A DNA stretch of 46,893 nt from a virus (IMGVR_UViG_3300045007_000064:124236-171128); one strand, 5' to 3'. Shown: positions 26,679-37,306, counted from the first letter of the stretch. A program made the numbers and translations. The notes: generated from the sequence alone by a model not told the origin.

Positions 26679-29600
26679 TTAGGTGAGAAGCCGCAGGAAA
26701 CGGCTCATCTCGCGAGAGATTTCAGCCTGAGAGAACATGTCTCCACCGCTCATGAAGGAGCGGAGCTTAGCCGTGGCCTTCTGTCCTTCCGCACTTCCGA
26801 TCTTGTCGTGGACTCGCTTTACGAGGTCGTCCATGAGGTCACGAAGCGTGGGCGGAATGTCCGAGAAACGCATCTTGGCAGCCTGGTTATCGAACGGCAA
26901 GGGCAGGTTGGAAATCGCGCGACCAAGGTCACGAGATGCCTCACGCACATTACCGATCTGGTCGGAATTAAGCGCGCCCTTGTCAAGACGATCCAGGTGG
27001 CTCTTTAGTTCCAGACCCGCGCGTACGGACTCGGCGTAGTCTCCTGCGCCCTTTCCGATAGCTTCAATCGAGTTGGCGATTTCGCTGTTCTGTTCGTCTC
27101 CAAGGTCTTCCTTCAGGCGGGCTAGAACCTGCTTGAACTGACCGTTGTAGTCGCGGGGCTGGTAACCGGGCTTGTACTTTGCGGGCTGGTCCCGAGCGGG
27201 ATCAGCCCCCTCAGCTTTTGGGGCCAGGTCCTCCGGAATCTCCTCGCCCTTAGCTCGAAGACTATTGATGAGACGCTGACGTTCCGCAGGAGAGAGCTTC
27301 TTCAGGTCGTCCTCAACCGAGGCAACCAGCGCGGTCTCGTTGCGAGCAGCCTCCACGCGCTCACGCATAGACATGAGGGACGCGGTGATCGCGGCAGACG
27401 CGGCGTTCTTCCAGTCTTCCGGAATCAGGTCAGCCTTACCGAGAGCACGGGCGCGCTTCATGATGTGCTTACGTACCTTGGCACGCTCGCTCTCCTTGGC
27501 ACGTCCGTACGCCTTGATAGCATTCTTCAGGTCGGATTCGTTACGGATCGGGTAGGAGCCGTCAGGAAGAGCCTCGCCCTTCTCTGCCGCCGCATCACGA
27601 GACTTCTTCGACACGTAGCCGAAGGTCTCCATGCGAGCGGTGATAGCGTCAGCCTTGGCGCTCAGCTCCGCGTCACGGCGAGCCTTGTGGCTTCCCACGC
27701 GCTCCATGAGCGAGGCAACCAGGGCCTCGTCAACCTGAGCTTCCTTGGCGACAGCCGCACCCGCGGCTTCGAGGTCCTGCACACGACGTGCGAGGTCCAG
27801 GATGGGGTCCGGACGCAGGCGAGCCAGCTCAGACGCACCAGCAGCCGTGAGGGCCATGGTGTGACCGGAGGCGACCATTGCGCGAGCGATGGGGAATCCA
27901 GGGACGTTGACCTGGCAGACCGCAATCAGCTCCAGCTTTCCACGGATCGGACGCCAGTCACCTGAGGGGGTGGAGGCGCGGATCGCGCGGACCTGCTGGG
28001 CGGTAACGCCGGGGCGGAGTGCTCCCGCAACCCAGATACCGTGGCGGTCTTCGCCTGCATGAACGTCCGCGAAGGCGGATGCCGTGTCGTCGTAGTGCTT
28101 GACGGCCTCGTTAGCGCTGAAGTGGAGGTCGGCGTGTCCGCCCACAAGTGTGAGCTGTCCGACTGTCACATCTGTACCGTCATCGGTACGGATTACACCC
28201 TTGTTGAAGTAGGCGTATCCCGACGCGGAACGTGGCGGGTTGACCCCACCGAGCGCCGCATTCATGTGAGCGGTACCCCAGGCGGCAACGTGACCGAAGA
28301 CGCGACCGTTGTCATCGACCGTTAGTGGGGTCGGACGGTCGAGCTTGGGGTCGTTGAACCAGTCGCGGGGCGGTACAACCGGGATAGCGTCTGCGATGTA
28401 ACCGGCTGCTACGAGAGCAACCGCCTCCATCGGGTCCGCTTCCTCGGTAATGATGCCGTCTGGTAGCACGTCATCCTCCAGGGTGAGTTCGCGCAGGGGT
28501 GCCATTTCGATTGTGCACTCCTGGAAAGCAGGCTTAGCTACTATTGTAGCACCCATGACTCGCGCCTTCTTGATGGAGAGCTTCTGCTTGGCGATTGCAC
28601 CAGGCTTCTTCTCGGCAGCCTCTTCGGCTTCGGCCTCGAACTTGTCCATGTCAGCGGAAACGTGACGGAGCATTCCGGCACGCACCATGCGCTCAGCCTC
28701 ACGACCGTACGGGCCTACGTCGAAGTAGCCCATAGCCATACCGATACCCTGAGGCGTACGACCCATCGAGTCGATACGTCCCACGACAACCGCGCCATTG
28801 TGACCCTCTCCGGTCTGAATCTGCCACATGAGCGGCAGGGGTAGGTTGCGGGTGTCCAGAGCGTAGCGCTCGACCTCGCGACCGTCACCAGACTCCAGCT
28901 CCTCGGGGATGACGAGCGGGATCAGGAACTTGCCGCCGACCATCGAGATTTCGCCAGCCGCGCCCGCGGTCATCGCAGCGATGTAGCCCTCCTTACCGTC
29001 CGGGTAGACGGTGTAGAGCGGGTTGGACGCAGCGGATGCAGTGATGACGCGCTCACGAAGAACCTCGGCGCGGGCGTTCTGGAACGCAGCAGCGATAATC
29101 GCATCCGTGTCCTTCAGAACATCCGTGGAGGACATTTCGATGGCGGTATTCGAGGAGAACTTCTGGCGGTGCTCCTTGTCTCCGGTGTACATGCCGGTGG
29201 CCTCCTTGTGGCGCAGGGCGCAGTAGCCACGCGCACGCGGGCCTAGATACTTCGACAGGTTGCGGAAGCAACGAGTCCAGTCACCAGGCGTACCCCAGCG
29301 AATCTTCGCAGCACCTTCACCGTGCAGCCAGTAGCGGCGCAGCTTCTCAGCGCCACCGCGGTTACGGTCTGCACCACCGGCAGCGACAAGCGCCTGCTCC
29401 ATGATGTTCTTGTTGGGACCCCACAGGACCATGAGCGCGAACTGCTCATCGGCGCTGGCGGTGACCGACCCGGCATCAGGCTCGGTGGGAACCGCAACCG
29501 GCTCCGCAGCCATCGGGGCCTCTTCCTGGGCACCCTGAGTTCCATCAACCTGAACGAGCACGTCATCCAGAGTGGACTCATCGAGGGCCACAACGGGCGG

Positions 29601-31319
29601 CGGGGTGGCACTCTTCAGGTCACCTAGGGTGGCCTCGTCACGCTTCCACTCGCCCTCTTCGCGGGAGTAAACCATCGGCTGGTTTGACTTCGAGTTCGCC
29701 GGTACCAGGCTGATGAGCTTGAATACGGCGCGGGGGTCGTCCGGGGAGACGATGGCCATGTAGACCGGCTCAACGTCAGAGGTCTCAGGAGAAAGCTCAA
29801 CCGGCTTCTCTACGGCTGCCGCGGTGAGCGGACGGTAGGTGGCCTTGGACGCCTTCTTCTTGAGCCAGTCCGTCAGGAGCGGGTGCGAGTACGCTTCGGT
29901 GTCCACCGAGCGTCCGGTGCTAGCACGGCGAGACGGGCTGGTGCCTTCGCCCTGGACTTCGCCAGAGCTTCCGGTGGGGCGGAAGGAATCGCGCTGCTTC
30001 TTCACCCAAGCGGGGAAGTTGTCGATGATCTGCTTGAGGTCACCTCGCGTCATCTGCGGAAGCGTGCCCGGGAGCTGGGCGACCTTGCGGTCAACCGGCG
30101 TACGAGGCTCAGCGAGGATACCGCTGAAGTCTACGCGGGGCTGCGCGAGCGGATTACCTGGCGCAGGCATACTGCCCTCGGTAACAGCCTCAACCTGGTT
30201 ACCAGGAACGGTAACCTTGTTGCCGTCAGGGAGTGTAACCTCGACGGTGCCGTTCGCGCCATTGACGCGAGAGATAAGACCGGTCTGCTGCGGGTTGCCG
30301 TTGATCATAACGGTCGAACCCATCTTGGCAAACTGTCCGCGACCGTCACGGACCTGCTTCGAGGCGTTGGCGGAGCGCTCTTCCTCGGAGTAGATTCCGT
30401 CTCCATCTGCACCGCCCGGGGTTCCGGCTGCGGTGATGGAGTCGATGAACGCCCAATCCTCTTCCGCCAGGGCGTCGAGGGCGAGAGCCGTTTCCACCGG
30501 AGAAATGTCTTCCACCGTGAAGGTGGTGATGCCCTTCGAGATGAGAGTGGCTGCGTGTAGCGCGCTCTCCGGGTCGATCATGATGTGGGTCTGATCGATA
30601 CGGGGGTGCTTTCCGTCTAGCGCAAAGTCGTAGTCCCAGATGTCCCACTCGGTCTGTCCGAGGTCAGTCCAGGCGCTGGCGTCCCACACATAGGTGCGCT
30701 TGTCCAGGTCGATGCGGTACAGACGGTCCATGATTCCGGTCGTGCTAGAAATACGCACGAGGAATTCGGGACCAGCCTCAGGGTTCTCTTCGAGAATCTG
30801 GGCGAGGTTTTCGGGAGCCTTCGGAGCGGATGCGGTCAGCGCCTCACGCTCGAAGATCGGGGTGACCCACTTCTTCGCGGGTAGGCCTCCGTGGAGACGC
30901 CAGGCGGTGCTGTCTTCTTCCTCGGTGTTCGAGAAATACTCAGCGAGAATGCCTAGCTCGTTGAAGCTGATCTGTCCACCGGCTGCGAGAAGGGTACCGA
31001 TGTAGCGTGCTACCGGTCCCTCGCTGTCGGATGCCGCGGTCAGCGCCTTGCGCGCGTTGAGCTGGACGCCACGGGGCACGGTGTACATGCGTCCCGTAGG
31101 CTCCGGGTCAGGATTCTCCAGGCTCGCAAGTACCGTGGAAGCAATTTCCTGATCGGTGGCAGAGAACTCCCCATCGCCCCAGGCCTCGGCACTTTCCAGA
31201 GTGGAAAAGTCGCCAGAGGTAACTACGAGCGATACTCGGGAGTCAACAATGACACCATGCGTCTTCTCTGCGTCCGAGAAGAGGAGATGGTTGTCGGATC
31301 GACCAATGAACTCTGTCAT
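26679..31319 (-). CDS. capsid maturation protease multidomain polyprotein
   Basis: Between portal and MCP; PEELESGDGR...LPLPLMWQ...GHNGAVVVGRID protease-like domain; second PPRDWF..SGDWR..VNVPGF domain; ALPDGSYPI DUF6582-like domain. Confidence 0.75.
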   Translation of the reverse strand: MTEFIGRSDNHLLFSDAEKTHGVIVDSRVSLVVTSGDFSTLESAEAWGDGEFSATDQEIASTVLASLENPDPEPTGRMYTVPRGVQLNARKALTAASDSEGPVARYIGTLLAAGGQISFNELGILAEYFSNTEEEDSTAWRLHGGLPAKKWVTPIFEREALTASAPKAPENLAQILEENPEAGPEFLVRISSTTGIMDRLYRIDLDKRTYVWDASAWTDLGQTEWDIWDYDFALDGKHPRIDQTHIMIDPESALHAATLISKGITTFTVEDISPVETALALDALAEEDWAFIDSITAAGTPGGADGDGIYSEEERSANASKQVRDGRGQFAKMGSTVMINGNPQQTGLISRVNGANGTVEVTLPDGNKVTVPGNQVEAVTEGSMPAPGNPLAQPRVDFSGILAEPRTPVDRKVAQLPGTLPQMTRGDLKQIIDNFPAWVKKQRDSFRPTGSSGEVQGEGTSPSRRASTGRSVDTEAYSHPLLTDWLKKKASKATYRPLTAAAVEKPVELSPETSDVEPVYMAIVSPDDPRAVFKLISLVPANSKSNQPMVYSREEGEWKRDEATLGDLKSATPPPVVALDESTLDDVLVQVDGTQGAQEEAPMAAEPVAVPTEPDAGSVTASADEQFALMVLWGPNKNIMEQALVAAGGADRNRGGAEKLRRYWLHGEGAAKIRWGTPGDWTRCFRNLSKYLGPRARGYCALRHKEATGMYTGDKEHRQKFSSNTAIEMSSTDVLKDTDAIIAAAFQNARAEVLRERVITASAASNPLYTVYPDGKEGYIAAMTAGAAGEISMVGGKFLIPLVIPEELESGDGREVERYALDTRNLPLPLMWQIQTGEGHNGAVVVGRIDSMGRTPQGIGMAMGYFDVGPYGREAERMVRAGMLRHVSADMDKFEAEAEEAAEKKPGAIAKQKLSIKKARVMGATIVAKPAFQECTIEMAPLRELTLEDDVLPDGIITEEADPMEAVALVAAGYIADAIPVVPPRDWFNDPKLDRPTPLTVDDNGRVFGHVAAWGTAHMNAALGGVNPPRSASGYAYFNKGVIRTDDGTDVTVGQLTLVGGHADLHFSANEAVKHYDDTASAFADVHAGEDRHGIWVAGALRPGVTAQQVRAIRASTPSGDWRPIRGKLELIAVCQVNVPGFPIARAMVASGHTMALTAAGASELARLRPDPILDLARRVQDLEAAGAAVAKEAQVDEALVASLMERVGSHKARRDAELSAKADAITARMETFGYVSKKSRDAAAEKGEALPDGSYPIRNESDLKNAIKAYGRAKESERAKVRKHIMKRARALGKADLIPEDWKNAASAAITASLMSMRERVEAARNETALVASVEDDLKKLSPAERQRLINSLRAKGEEIPEDLAPKAEGADPARDQPAKYKPGYQPRDYNGQFKQVLARLKEDLGDEQNSEIANSIEAIGKGAGDYAESVRAGLELKSHLDRLDKGALNSDQIGNVREASRDLGRAISNLPLPFDNQAAKMRFSDIPPTLRDLMDDLVKRVHDKIGSAEGQKATAKLRSFMSGGDMFSQAEISREMSRFLRLLT

Positions 31320-31331
31320 GAAACTCTCTTT

Positions 31332-31895
31332 TTACTCGCCTAGGGCTTCATAGCCCGCGGCGTCTGATACCGTTACGTAATTTCGGTCATAGAGGTCAAG
31401 GAATTCCTTGGCCTTGGACGGCTCGATTTCGATGCGGTCCATGTCTGCGTAGGTGGTGTCATCTCCGGCGATAGGCAGGAACTGCCCGCCCTGGCGAACC
31501 CAGGACCCGTCTGCCGTCTCGTACGTCACACCGAGCACGTAGGGAGAATCCCCCGAGCTGAATGCGCTGAGCACTTCTGTAGCCACTGTTTCTCCTGTTG
31601 CGATGCTGGGAAGGGCGTCCACGGGTAGCGGAACCTTCAATGCTGAAAGCCAGATTCCGTCTGCTTCACGAAGCGGACGCCAATTGTACTTAGACTTCTT
31701 AGTTGACAGTACAATTCTAGCAGAGTTGTCAGTCTGCTCAATTCGGGCCACCTTTAGGACCTCTACACCGGCAGGTCCGACAATACGAACCTCAGATTCG
31801 GAGTCGTCTACGAGAAGAGCGGCGGCGAACTTCGGCTCATCGCCGGGGGCCGTGATGACCCCCGGCTCAGAGCGAAGCGGCGTGAAGTTTGACAT
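31332..31895 (-). CDS. hypothetical head-module protein
   Basis: 187-aa ORF with AAGGA RBS, tightly packed between the two giant head genes. Confidence 0.7.
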   Translation of the reverse strand: MSNFTPLRSEPGVITAPGDEPKFAAALLVDDSESEVRIVGPAGVEVLKVARIEQTDNSARIVLSTKKSKYNWRPLREADGIWLSALKVPLPVDALPSIATGETVATEVLSAFSSGDSPYVLGVTYETADGSWVRQGGQFLPIAGDDTTYADMDRIEIEPSKAKEFLDLYDRNYVTVSDAAGYEALGE

Positions 31896-31906
31896 GGGTG
31901 TTTTCC

Positions 31907-34900
31907 TTACGGGGTGTCGAGGTAGTCTCGAACGTCAGCTCGATCCTGGTCACTAGCGCCCATCATATCAAGAAGTGCGTCCAGTTCGGTAATCGTCGGA
32001 CCCTTTGGACCAAAACTTCCCAGGGTTTCCAGAATCTGCTCGTAACGCAGACGGCTGAGACCAGGATCAAGGATACCACGCATAATCAGGTTACGAATTA
32101 GCTGCGGCATGTCCGTGTTGTCTAGGGACTCTAGAACATCCGTGCGCTCCTCGCGGGTGATGTCCTGGTAGGAGGCGGGGCGGATGTTGGACTCCAGGAT
32201 ATCGATGGTCTCGTTACCCGGGGTCACGACCGTCAGGTTTCCGTTGTCATCATCGAAGGCCACGACACCGTTCTCCACGACACCGTTACGGTCGAACTCA
32301 ACCAGATCACCACGGCGGGTGTTCTTCGGCTCCGGGGTCTCCGGACCGCGGATTGCCGGAGCGTTCCATAGCGCGATGTCTGCATCACCCGGAACCACGA
32401 AGCTGTCCACGTCCGCGTAGCCGCGTCCGTCCGGACGTGCTGCGTGAATACGGTAGCCACCGTCACCCATGTTCTCCACACGGATAATCGAGTCTACGTG
32501 CTGGTTTCCGTCATCGTCCATACGAACGATCATCATGCCCGGGCGAGCTTCGGATGCACGACCAATACGCGGCGTGATTTCACCGCTCTGAATCATACCG
32601 GCAATCGTCGGCTGGTCCTTGGGCACCGGAACATTCGAGTAGCCGGAAAGCGATCCACGAGGCGTGAAGCGAAGGCGGCGGCTCTGTGGTAGGTCACGGC
32701 GCGGGCGTTCCTTGGTGACAACCGGCTCGTCTGCTGCTGCGTTCGGAACGCGGAAGCGGCGAGCAAGCGCCTCTGGGCTGGTGCGCCACTCTTCACGCTT
32801 GGAGAAGAACGGCAGGCCCAGAGCCGAACCCGGCTCAGCACGGCGTAGCGTCTGCGCAGAACGCTTGACCCAGTTGCTCCAGGTTCCGTCCGAGTTCTGA
32901 AGCTGGACCCATACGTGGTCACCGTAGGTGTGGCCCTTACCGTCCGTGTTCTCCTTGACGTAACCGACAACACGACCGCGCTGCACCTGACCGTAGCTCG
33001 GGTTGGCGCGGCGCTTCGGGTTGAGCTGTCCGTTCGGAAGCCACCAGTCGAGTTCCTGGTGCCAGTCAGTCCAGTCAAACTCCATGCCGATTTCAGCGGT
33101 CTCACCGTCGTACATCTGCCACGGGTTCGTGCCGTTCGGACGGTAGGTGTCCTGCGCACGACCGATGACAGCCTGCATGATGGTGTCAATGGCCTTGGCA
33201 CCCGGGTCAATCTGACGGAGGTGGTCTTCGATTCCGGCGAGGTCTGCGTCCCCATTGCGGATGTGCGTAGCCACCGCGCTCAGAAGTACGTCGAACTTCT
33301 CGTCACCTGTCTCCGGAAGCGGTGCGTCCGGGTTGCCGATGTCACCGAGGAAGTCGTCAGCCGGGAAGCCCTGGGTCCCCAGGTTCTCCGTGGGCTGGTC
33401 CTTGCGGCGCGTGATCGATCCCGCGGGGCTGGAGCCGTTGATCAGCTTGCGAGCCGTGGTGATACGGTTCTCTAGCGCCTCGTACGAGTGCCATTCGCTG
33501 TTGCTGATTCGCTTGGCGCGGCGGTTACCTACCTCGTCCGTCTCCATGACGTAGGCCATGAAGCGATTCTTCTGGGTACGACGAACAATGGCATCATAGC
33601 GCTTACCCTTATTGGTCACGCTATCCACAACCAGGTCACCGTTCTCCAGGAGACGAGCCTCGGGGTGATCCTCGTTCAGGTACTCTTCCTGGACACGACG
33701 CCAGGTCAGGTCCTCATCGAAGACGAAATCGGGGTCATCGCGCTCGGCGTTGACAACTTCAACGTCTGCGGTGTTCAGGTACTCAGGCTGGTCCGTCTCC
33801 GGGCGTGCAACCGTGGTGGTGTTTGCGCGGTTGGGCTTGCCGTCTAGCGCGTTGTCCAGAGCGGAAAGCTGGTTGTCGGAAAGCATGCCAGAGTTCAGCG
33901 CCTCGGTGATGACGCGCTGCTCGTCAGGGGTCAGCTCCTTACCCTGCATCTTGGCCTTCAGCGCTTCGATGCGGTTCTCGTGTCCGCTGGAGACGTTGCG
34001 CGGGTCGTCCTTCTGGTCGAAGACACCTCCGGTACCCTCACGCGGATCAATGTCGCTGAGGGTTTCGTCAACGCGAGCCGCGTCCACCAGAACGCGCTGC
34101 GCGGTCTCCTCGAAGGTCTCCGGCTCCGGGGCAGCCTCGACATCGCTCTGCGCCTCTAGCGCAGCCATCTCGGCTTCTGCCTCAGACTGGCGCTCCAGCG
34201 TACGAAGCTCGTCCTCCAGCGCGTCACGGCGAGCCTCCAGCTCGTCGTACTCCTCCGAGTCCCAGTCGTCGGACTCGATGAGCATCTGACGGCGCTCAGC
34301 CTCGGTCTGCTCCAGGCGCATACGGGCCTGAGCAATCTGTGCGTCAAGCGAGTCGTCCAGAATAGCAGGCGTATCGGCCTCAGGCGCGTCCTGTACGGCC
34401 TCGGGAGCCTCGGGAGCGGTCTCGGGTGCCTCAACCGGTTCTGGAGCCTCAGGGAGGCTTCCACGGTTCTCTCGGTCACGCATGTTCCAGCCGAGGTCGC
34501 CGTTGAAGTCCATCGGCTCGTTACCCAGGGCGCGGTTCAGGGCATTCTCCTGAATCTTACGCTGACGCTCCAGCGTGCGGACGCGGGACAGGTGCTCGGC
34601 CTCGACCTGCGGGTCAGTAGCCAGCTCGGCAGCAGAAATCTGGTTCTCGATTTCCGCGTCGATTGCCTCAAGCTCTGCACGGGCTGTAGCTGCGGCGTCT
34701 GTGTTACCTGGCTCCTGGTACTCCGGGCGCTCGGGAGCGGGGGCCGCCGCAGGCTCCTCCTTCCGGCGCTCGGCTTCTACGATAGCGGTGCTGGCGGCAC
34801 GACGACCTTCTTCCGAGGAGTCGTATACGCGCACCGGAACCTCAGTAAGCCCTGCGCGCTTAGCGGCCTCGGCGCGGTGGTTACCGTCCGTAATCATCTC

Positions 34901-37306
34901 GCTACCATCCGGGTACTGCTCGACCTGAATGGGTTCGCCCTCGTATCCGTTCTGACGGAATCGCTCAGTAAGCTCGTCTACAAACTCCTCGTTGATTCCC
35001 GAAACCATACGGATGTTGTCCAGGTCAGCCACCGGACGAGTCTCGTCTGTGATCGGACCCTGGATGCGGTCTAGCTGCTCTTCGCGACGGCGTGCAACTT
35101 CCGGGGCCTCCGGACGGGTGCCAGCCTCGTCGGTCGCGTAGTGCGAGCGAGAACCCTGGGTGTCGAAGTGGTCACCGCGGGTGACGTAGCCGGTCGGTTC
35201 ACCAGAGCCGTCACGCTTTAGCTGCTCCCACTTTCCGGCTTCGTTCTTGCGGTAGATACGCTTATCACCGCTCTCGTCATGCTCCTCAGCGATGAGGGAG
35301 CCTGCCGGAGCGTTCTTGACTTCTTCCTTGGTCGGAGCCAGCTTGTTCGCGGCCCACGCCGAAGGATCAACCTCCGGCTCCGCGTCTGCCTCCGCCTCCG
35401 GGGCGTCAGCCTGTGGGGCAGCGTCGGACTCGTTGCGTTCCTTCTGACGGGCTTCAAGCTCCTGGAACTGCTCCTCCAGGTCGGCAACCTCGTCAAAGAG
35501 TCGGTCGATGTCCTCCTGAGCCTTCTGGTCCTCTTCCTCGGAGGTCGAGGCGTTCAGACGGCCCAGTGCGTCCGACTCGCGCTTCTGCGCATCACGAAGA
35601 CGCTCCGCGACCTCATTGATACGAGCGTCCAGGTCCTCGTTGTCTGGAGCAGAATCCGGCGTCTCCTCAGGAGCGGTGCCGCGCTCACGAGCGAGACGAG
35701 CGTCTAGTGCATCCGCCTGCTCATTGAGCGCGATGATGTCCTTGGGGTCCCCGGCTACGTCCATAGCCGCCTGCACCTTGGCGCGGCGGTCCTTCAGGTC
35801 CTCTACTGAGCCTGGGGCTGCTGCGGGTTCGCTGGGGCGCTCGTCTGCGGCGCGGGGGCTGTCTCCGGCGTTGTCGGCTGGGGCGTCTCCTGCGGGGCGG
35901 GCTGGCTCGGGGTCGGGGGTGTCTGAGACGGCTGCTGGCCCCCCATCTTCGCTACGAGGCTCTGGGCGAGCTGCGTCATCTGCTCCGGGGTTAGCTGGCT
36001 GAGATTCGACGGCATCGGGATTACGGTCTTCGGCATTGGGGGCCTCCGCGGAAGTGTCACCTTCCAGGTTGGGGTTTACGTCGGGGGAATTGGGGTCCAC
36101 GGCCTTGTCAGACACCGATACCTCGGAGCCATTCTGGAGGTCGAGAACCGTGCTCTGACCCAGGCCACCAGCCTGCGCCTTCGCGTTGTCTAGAGTGTCA
36201 GCAGAGTTGTAGATTTCTGCCGTGTTGTTGTCGGTGTCCACAACCAGGCGTGCGCCGCCCTTACCGAGCTGTTCCTTCTCGGCGGTCATGAAGTTCGCCA
36301 GGCCCTCGGGGGTAATGTCGTTGGTGCGCTTACCGGTGGGTACGAGGAATCCCTCAGGAGAAACCTCAAACGTGCTGGTGTCGATGGCACCCGTGGAGGC
36401 CTGCGGAGCCTGGGCGGTCTCAGCAGCAGGCGCAGCCTTGCGCGCAGCCAGAGCCTCGTCCGAGTCGTTGCCTTCGGGGTCGTACGGCTGGCCCTCGGCT
36501 TCGAGTTCCTTCTTCAAGGTCTCGTTCGCCGTCATGGCGGTCTGCTTGGCTCCCAGCGGGGCCTTCTCGTTCAGGAGGGTACGCTCGTTCGCCTTGATCT
36601 GCTCGATCTTGGAATCACGGTCACGATTTGCCAGAACCTCATCGTTGTTCTGCGCCAGACCGGTGTAAGCGGAGTCCCCAGACTCCTCGCGCTGGAGGTC
36701 AACGTCGGAGACCTTCTTGAACGCCTCAGCCATCGAACGCTGCGGCTCAGCCTGACCGGGGTTGGCGCGGTGGTCCTCTAGGAGAACGTTCTCGTCGTTT
36801 CCACCGAAGTGAACACGGAAGTCACCGTCGTCGGTCTGGATGACCTTCTTGCCGCCGTAGGTTCCCGGCTGAGCAACCCAGCCCTCGGGAGCCGGGTGAA
36901 CCTGAAGCTCATTGATGTTAGGGATGTCCTCGTCCGCACGCTCGCCTACGGCCTGACCGTCAGCGTTACGTCCGAGCTGAATGCCGCGCTCAGCGAGCTG
37001 GGCCTCAGAGAGGTTGGCTACGAACTCCTGCGCGTTGGCGGAGGTGACATCATAGAAGCCGTCAGGCAGGCCGTTCGGGTCCTTGGCTACGAATACCTGT
37101 CCGGTGTTTGCGTCCTTGGCACCGACGAACGAGCCGATTACCGAACGTGCCGCGCCGTCAGCACCGCGCACCTTGAACTTGACGCCGCGACCCATCTCGA
37201 TCCAGCGACCGAAGCGGTCACGCCACTGGAGTCGGGCGCGAGCGGATCGGGCAGCGCGGCTGTTGCCTCCTGCGGCAACGAGTGCGGAAAGAGAAGTGTC
37301 GAACAC
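31907..37306 (-). CDS. giant acidic head-associated protein with ParB/Srx-like domain
   Basis: 1799-aa ORF directly after portal; GAGGA RBS with GTG start; coiled coils and a DGNHR motif. Confidence 0.8.
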   Translation of the reverse strand: MFDTSLSALVAAGGNSRAARSARARLQWRDRFGRWIEMGRGVKFKVRGADGAARSVIGSFVGAKDANTGQVFVAKDPNGLPDGFYDVTSANAQEFVANLSEAQLAERGIQLGRNADGQAVGERADEDIPNINELQVHPAPEGWVAQPGTYGGKKVIQTDDGDFRVHFGGNDENVLLEDHRANPGQAEPQRSMAEAFKKVSDVDLQREESGDSAYTGLAQNNDEVLANRDRDSKIEQIKANERTLLNEKAPLGAKQTAMTANETLKKELEAEGQPYDPEGNDSDEALAARKAAPAAETAQAPQASTGAIDTSTFEVSPEGFLVPTGKRTNDITPEGLANFMTAEKEQLGKGGARLVVDTDNNTAEIYNSADTLDNAKAQAGGLGQSTVLDLQNGSEVSVSDKAVDPNSPDVNPNLEGDTSAEAPNAEDRNPDAVESQPANPGADDAARPEPRSEDGGPAAVSDTPDPEPARPAGDAPADNAGDSPRAADERPSEPAAAPGSVEDLKDRRAKVQAAMDVAGDPKDIIALNEQADALDARLARERGTAPEETPDSAPDNEDLDARINEVAERLRDAQKRESDALGRLNASTSEEEDQKAQEDIDRLFDEVADLEEQFQELEARQKERNESDAAPQADAPEAEADAEPEVDPSAWAANKLAPTKEEVKNAPAGSLIAEEHDESGDKRIYRKNEAGKWEQLKRDGSGEPTGYVTRGDHFDTQGSRSHYATDEAGTRPEAPEVARRREEQLDRIQGPITDETRPVADLDNIRMVSGINEEFVDELTERFRQNGYEGEPIQVEQYPDGSEMITDGNHRAEAAKRAGLTEVPVRVYDSSEEGRRAASTAIVEAERRKEEPAAAPAPERPEYQEPGNTDAAATARAELEAIDAEIENQISAAELATDPQVEAEHLSRVRTLERQRKIQENALNRALGNEPMDFNGDLGWNMRDRENRGSLPEAPEPVEAPETAPEAPEAVQDAPEADTPAILDDSLDAQIAQARMRLEQTEAERRQMLIESDDWDSEEYDELEARRDALEDELRTLERQSEAEAEMAALEAQSDVEAAPEPETFEETAQRVLVDAARVDETLSDIDPREGTGGVFDQKDDPRNVSSGHENRIEALKAKMQGKELTPDEQRVITEALNSGMLSDNQLSALDNALDGKPNRANTTTVARPETDQPEYLNTADVEVVNAERDDPDFVFDEDLTWRRVQEEYLNEDHPEARLLENGDLVVDSVTNKGKRYDAIVRRTQKNRFMAYVMETDEVGNRRAKRISNSEWHSYEALENRITTARKLINGSSPAGSITRRKDQPTENLGTQGFPADDFLGDIGNPDAPLPETGDEKFDVLLSAVATHIRNGDADLAGIEDHLRQIDPGAKAIDTIMQAVIGRAQDTYRPNGTNPWQMYDGETAEIGMEFDWTDWHQELDWWLPNGQLNPKRRANPSYGQVQRGRVVGYVKENTDGKGHTYGDHVWVQLQNSDGTWSNWVKRSAQTLRRAEPGSALGLPFFSKREEWRTSPEALARRFRVPNAAADEPVVTKERPRRDLPQSRRLRFTPRGSLSGYSNVPVPKDQPTIAGMIQSGEITPRIGRASEARPGMMIVRMDDDGNQHVDSIIRVENMGDGGYRIHAARPDGRGYADVDSFVVPGDADIALWNAPAIRGPETPEPKNTRRGDLVEFDRNGVVENGVVAFDDDNGNLTVVTPGNETIDILESNIRPASYQDITREERTDVLESLDNTDMPQLIRNLIMRGILDPGLSRLRYEQILETLGSFGPKGPTITELDALLDMMGASDQDRADVRDYLDTP
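34820..35032 (-). other. ParB/sulfiredoxin-like domain within the 1799-aa protein
   Basis: VDELTERFRQNGYEGEPIQV...ITDGNHRAEAAKRAGLTEVPVRV. Confidence 0.75.
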
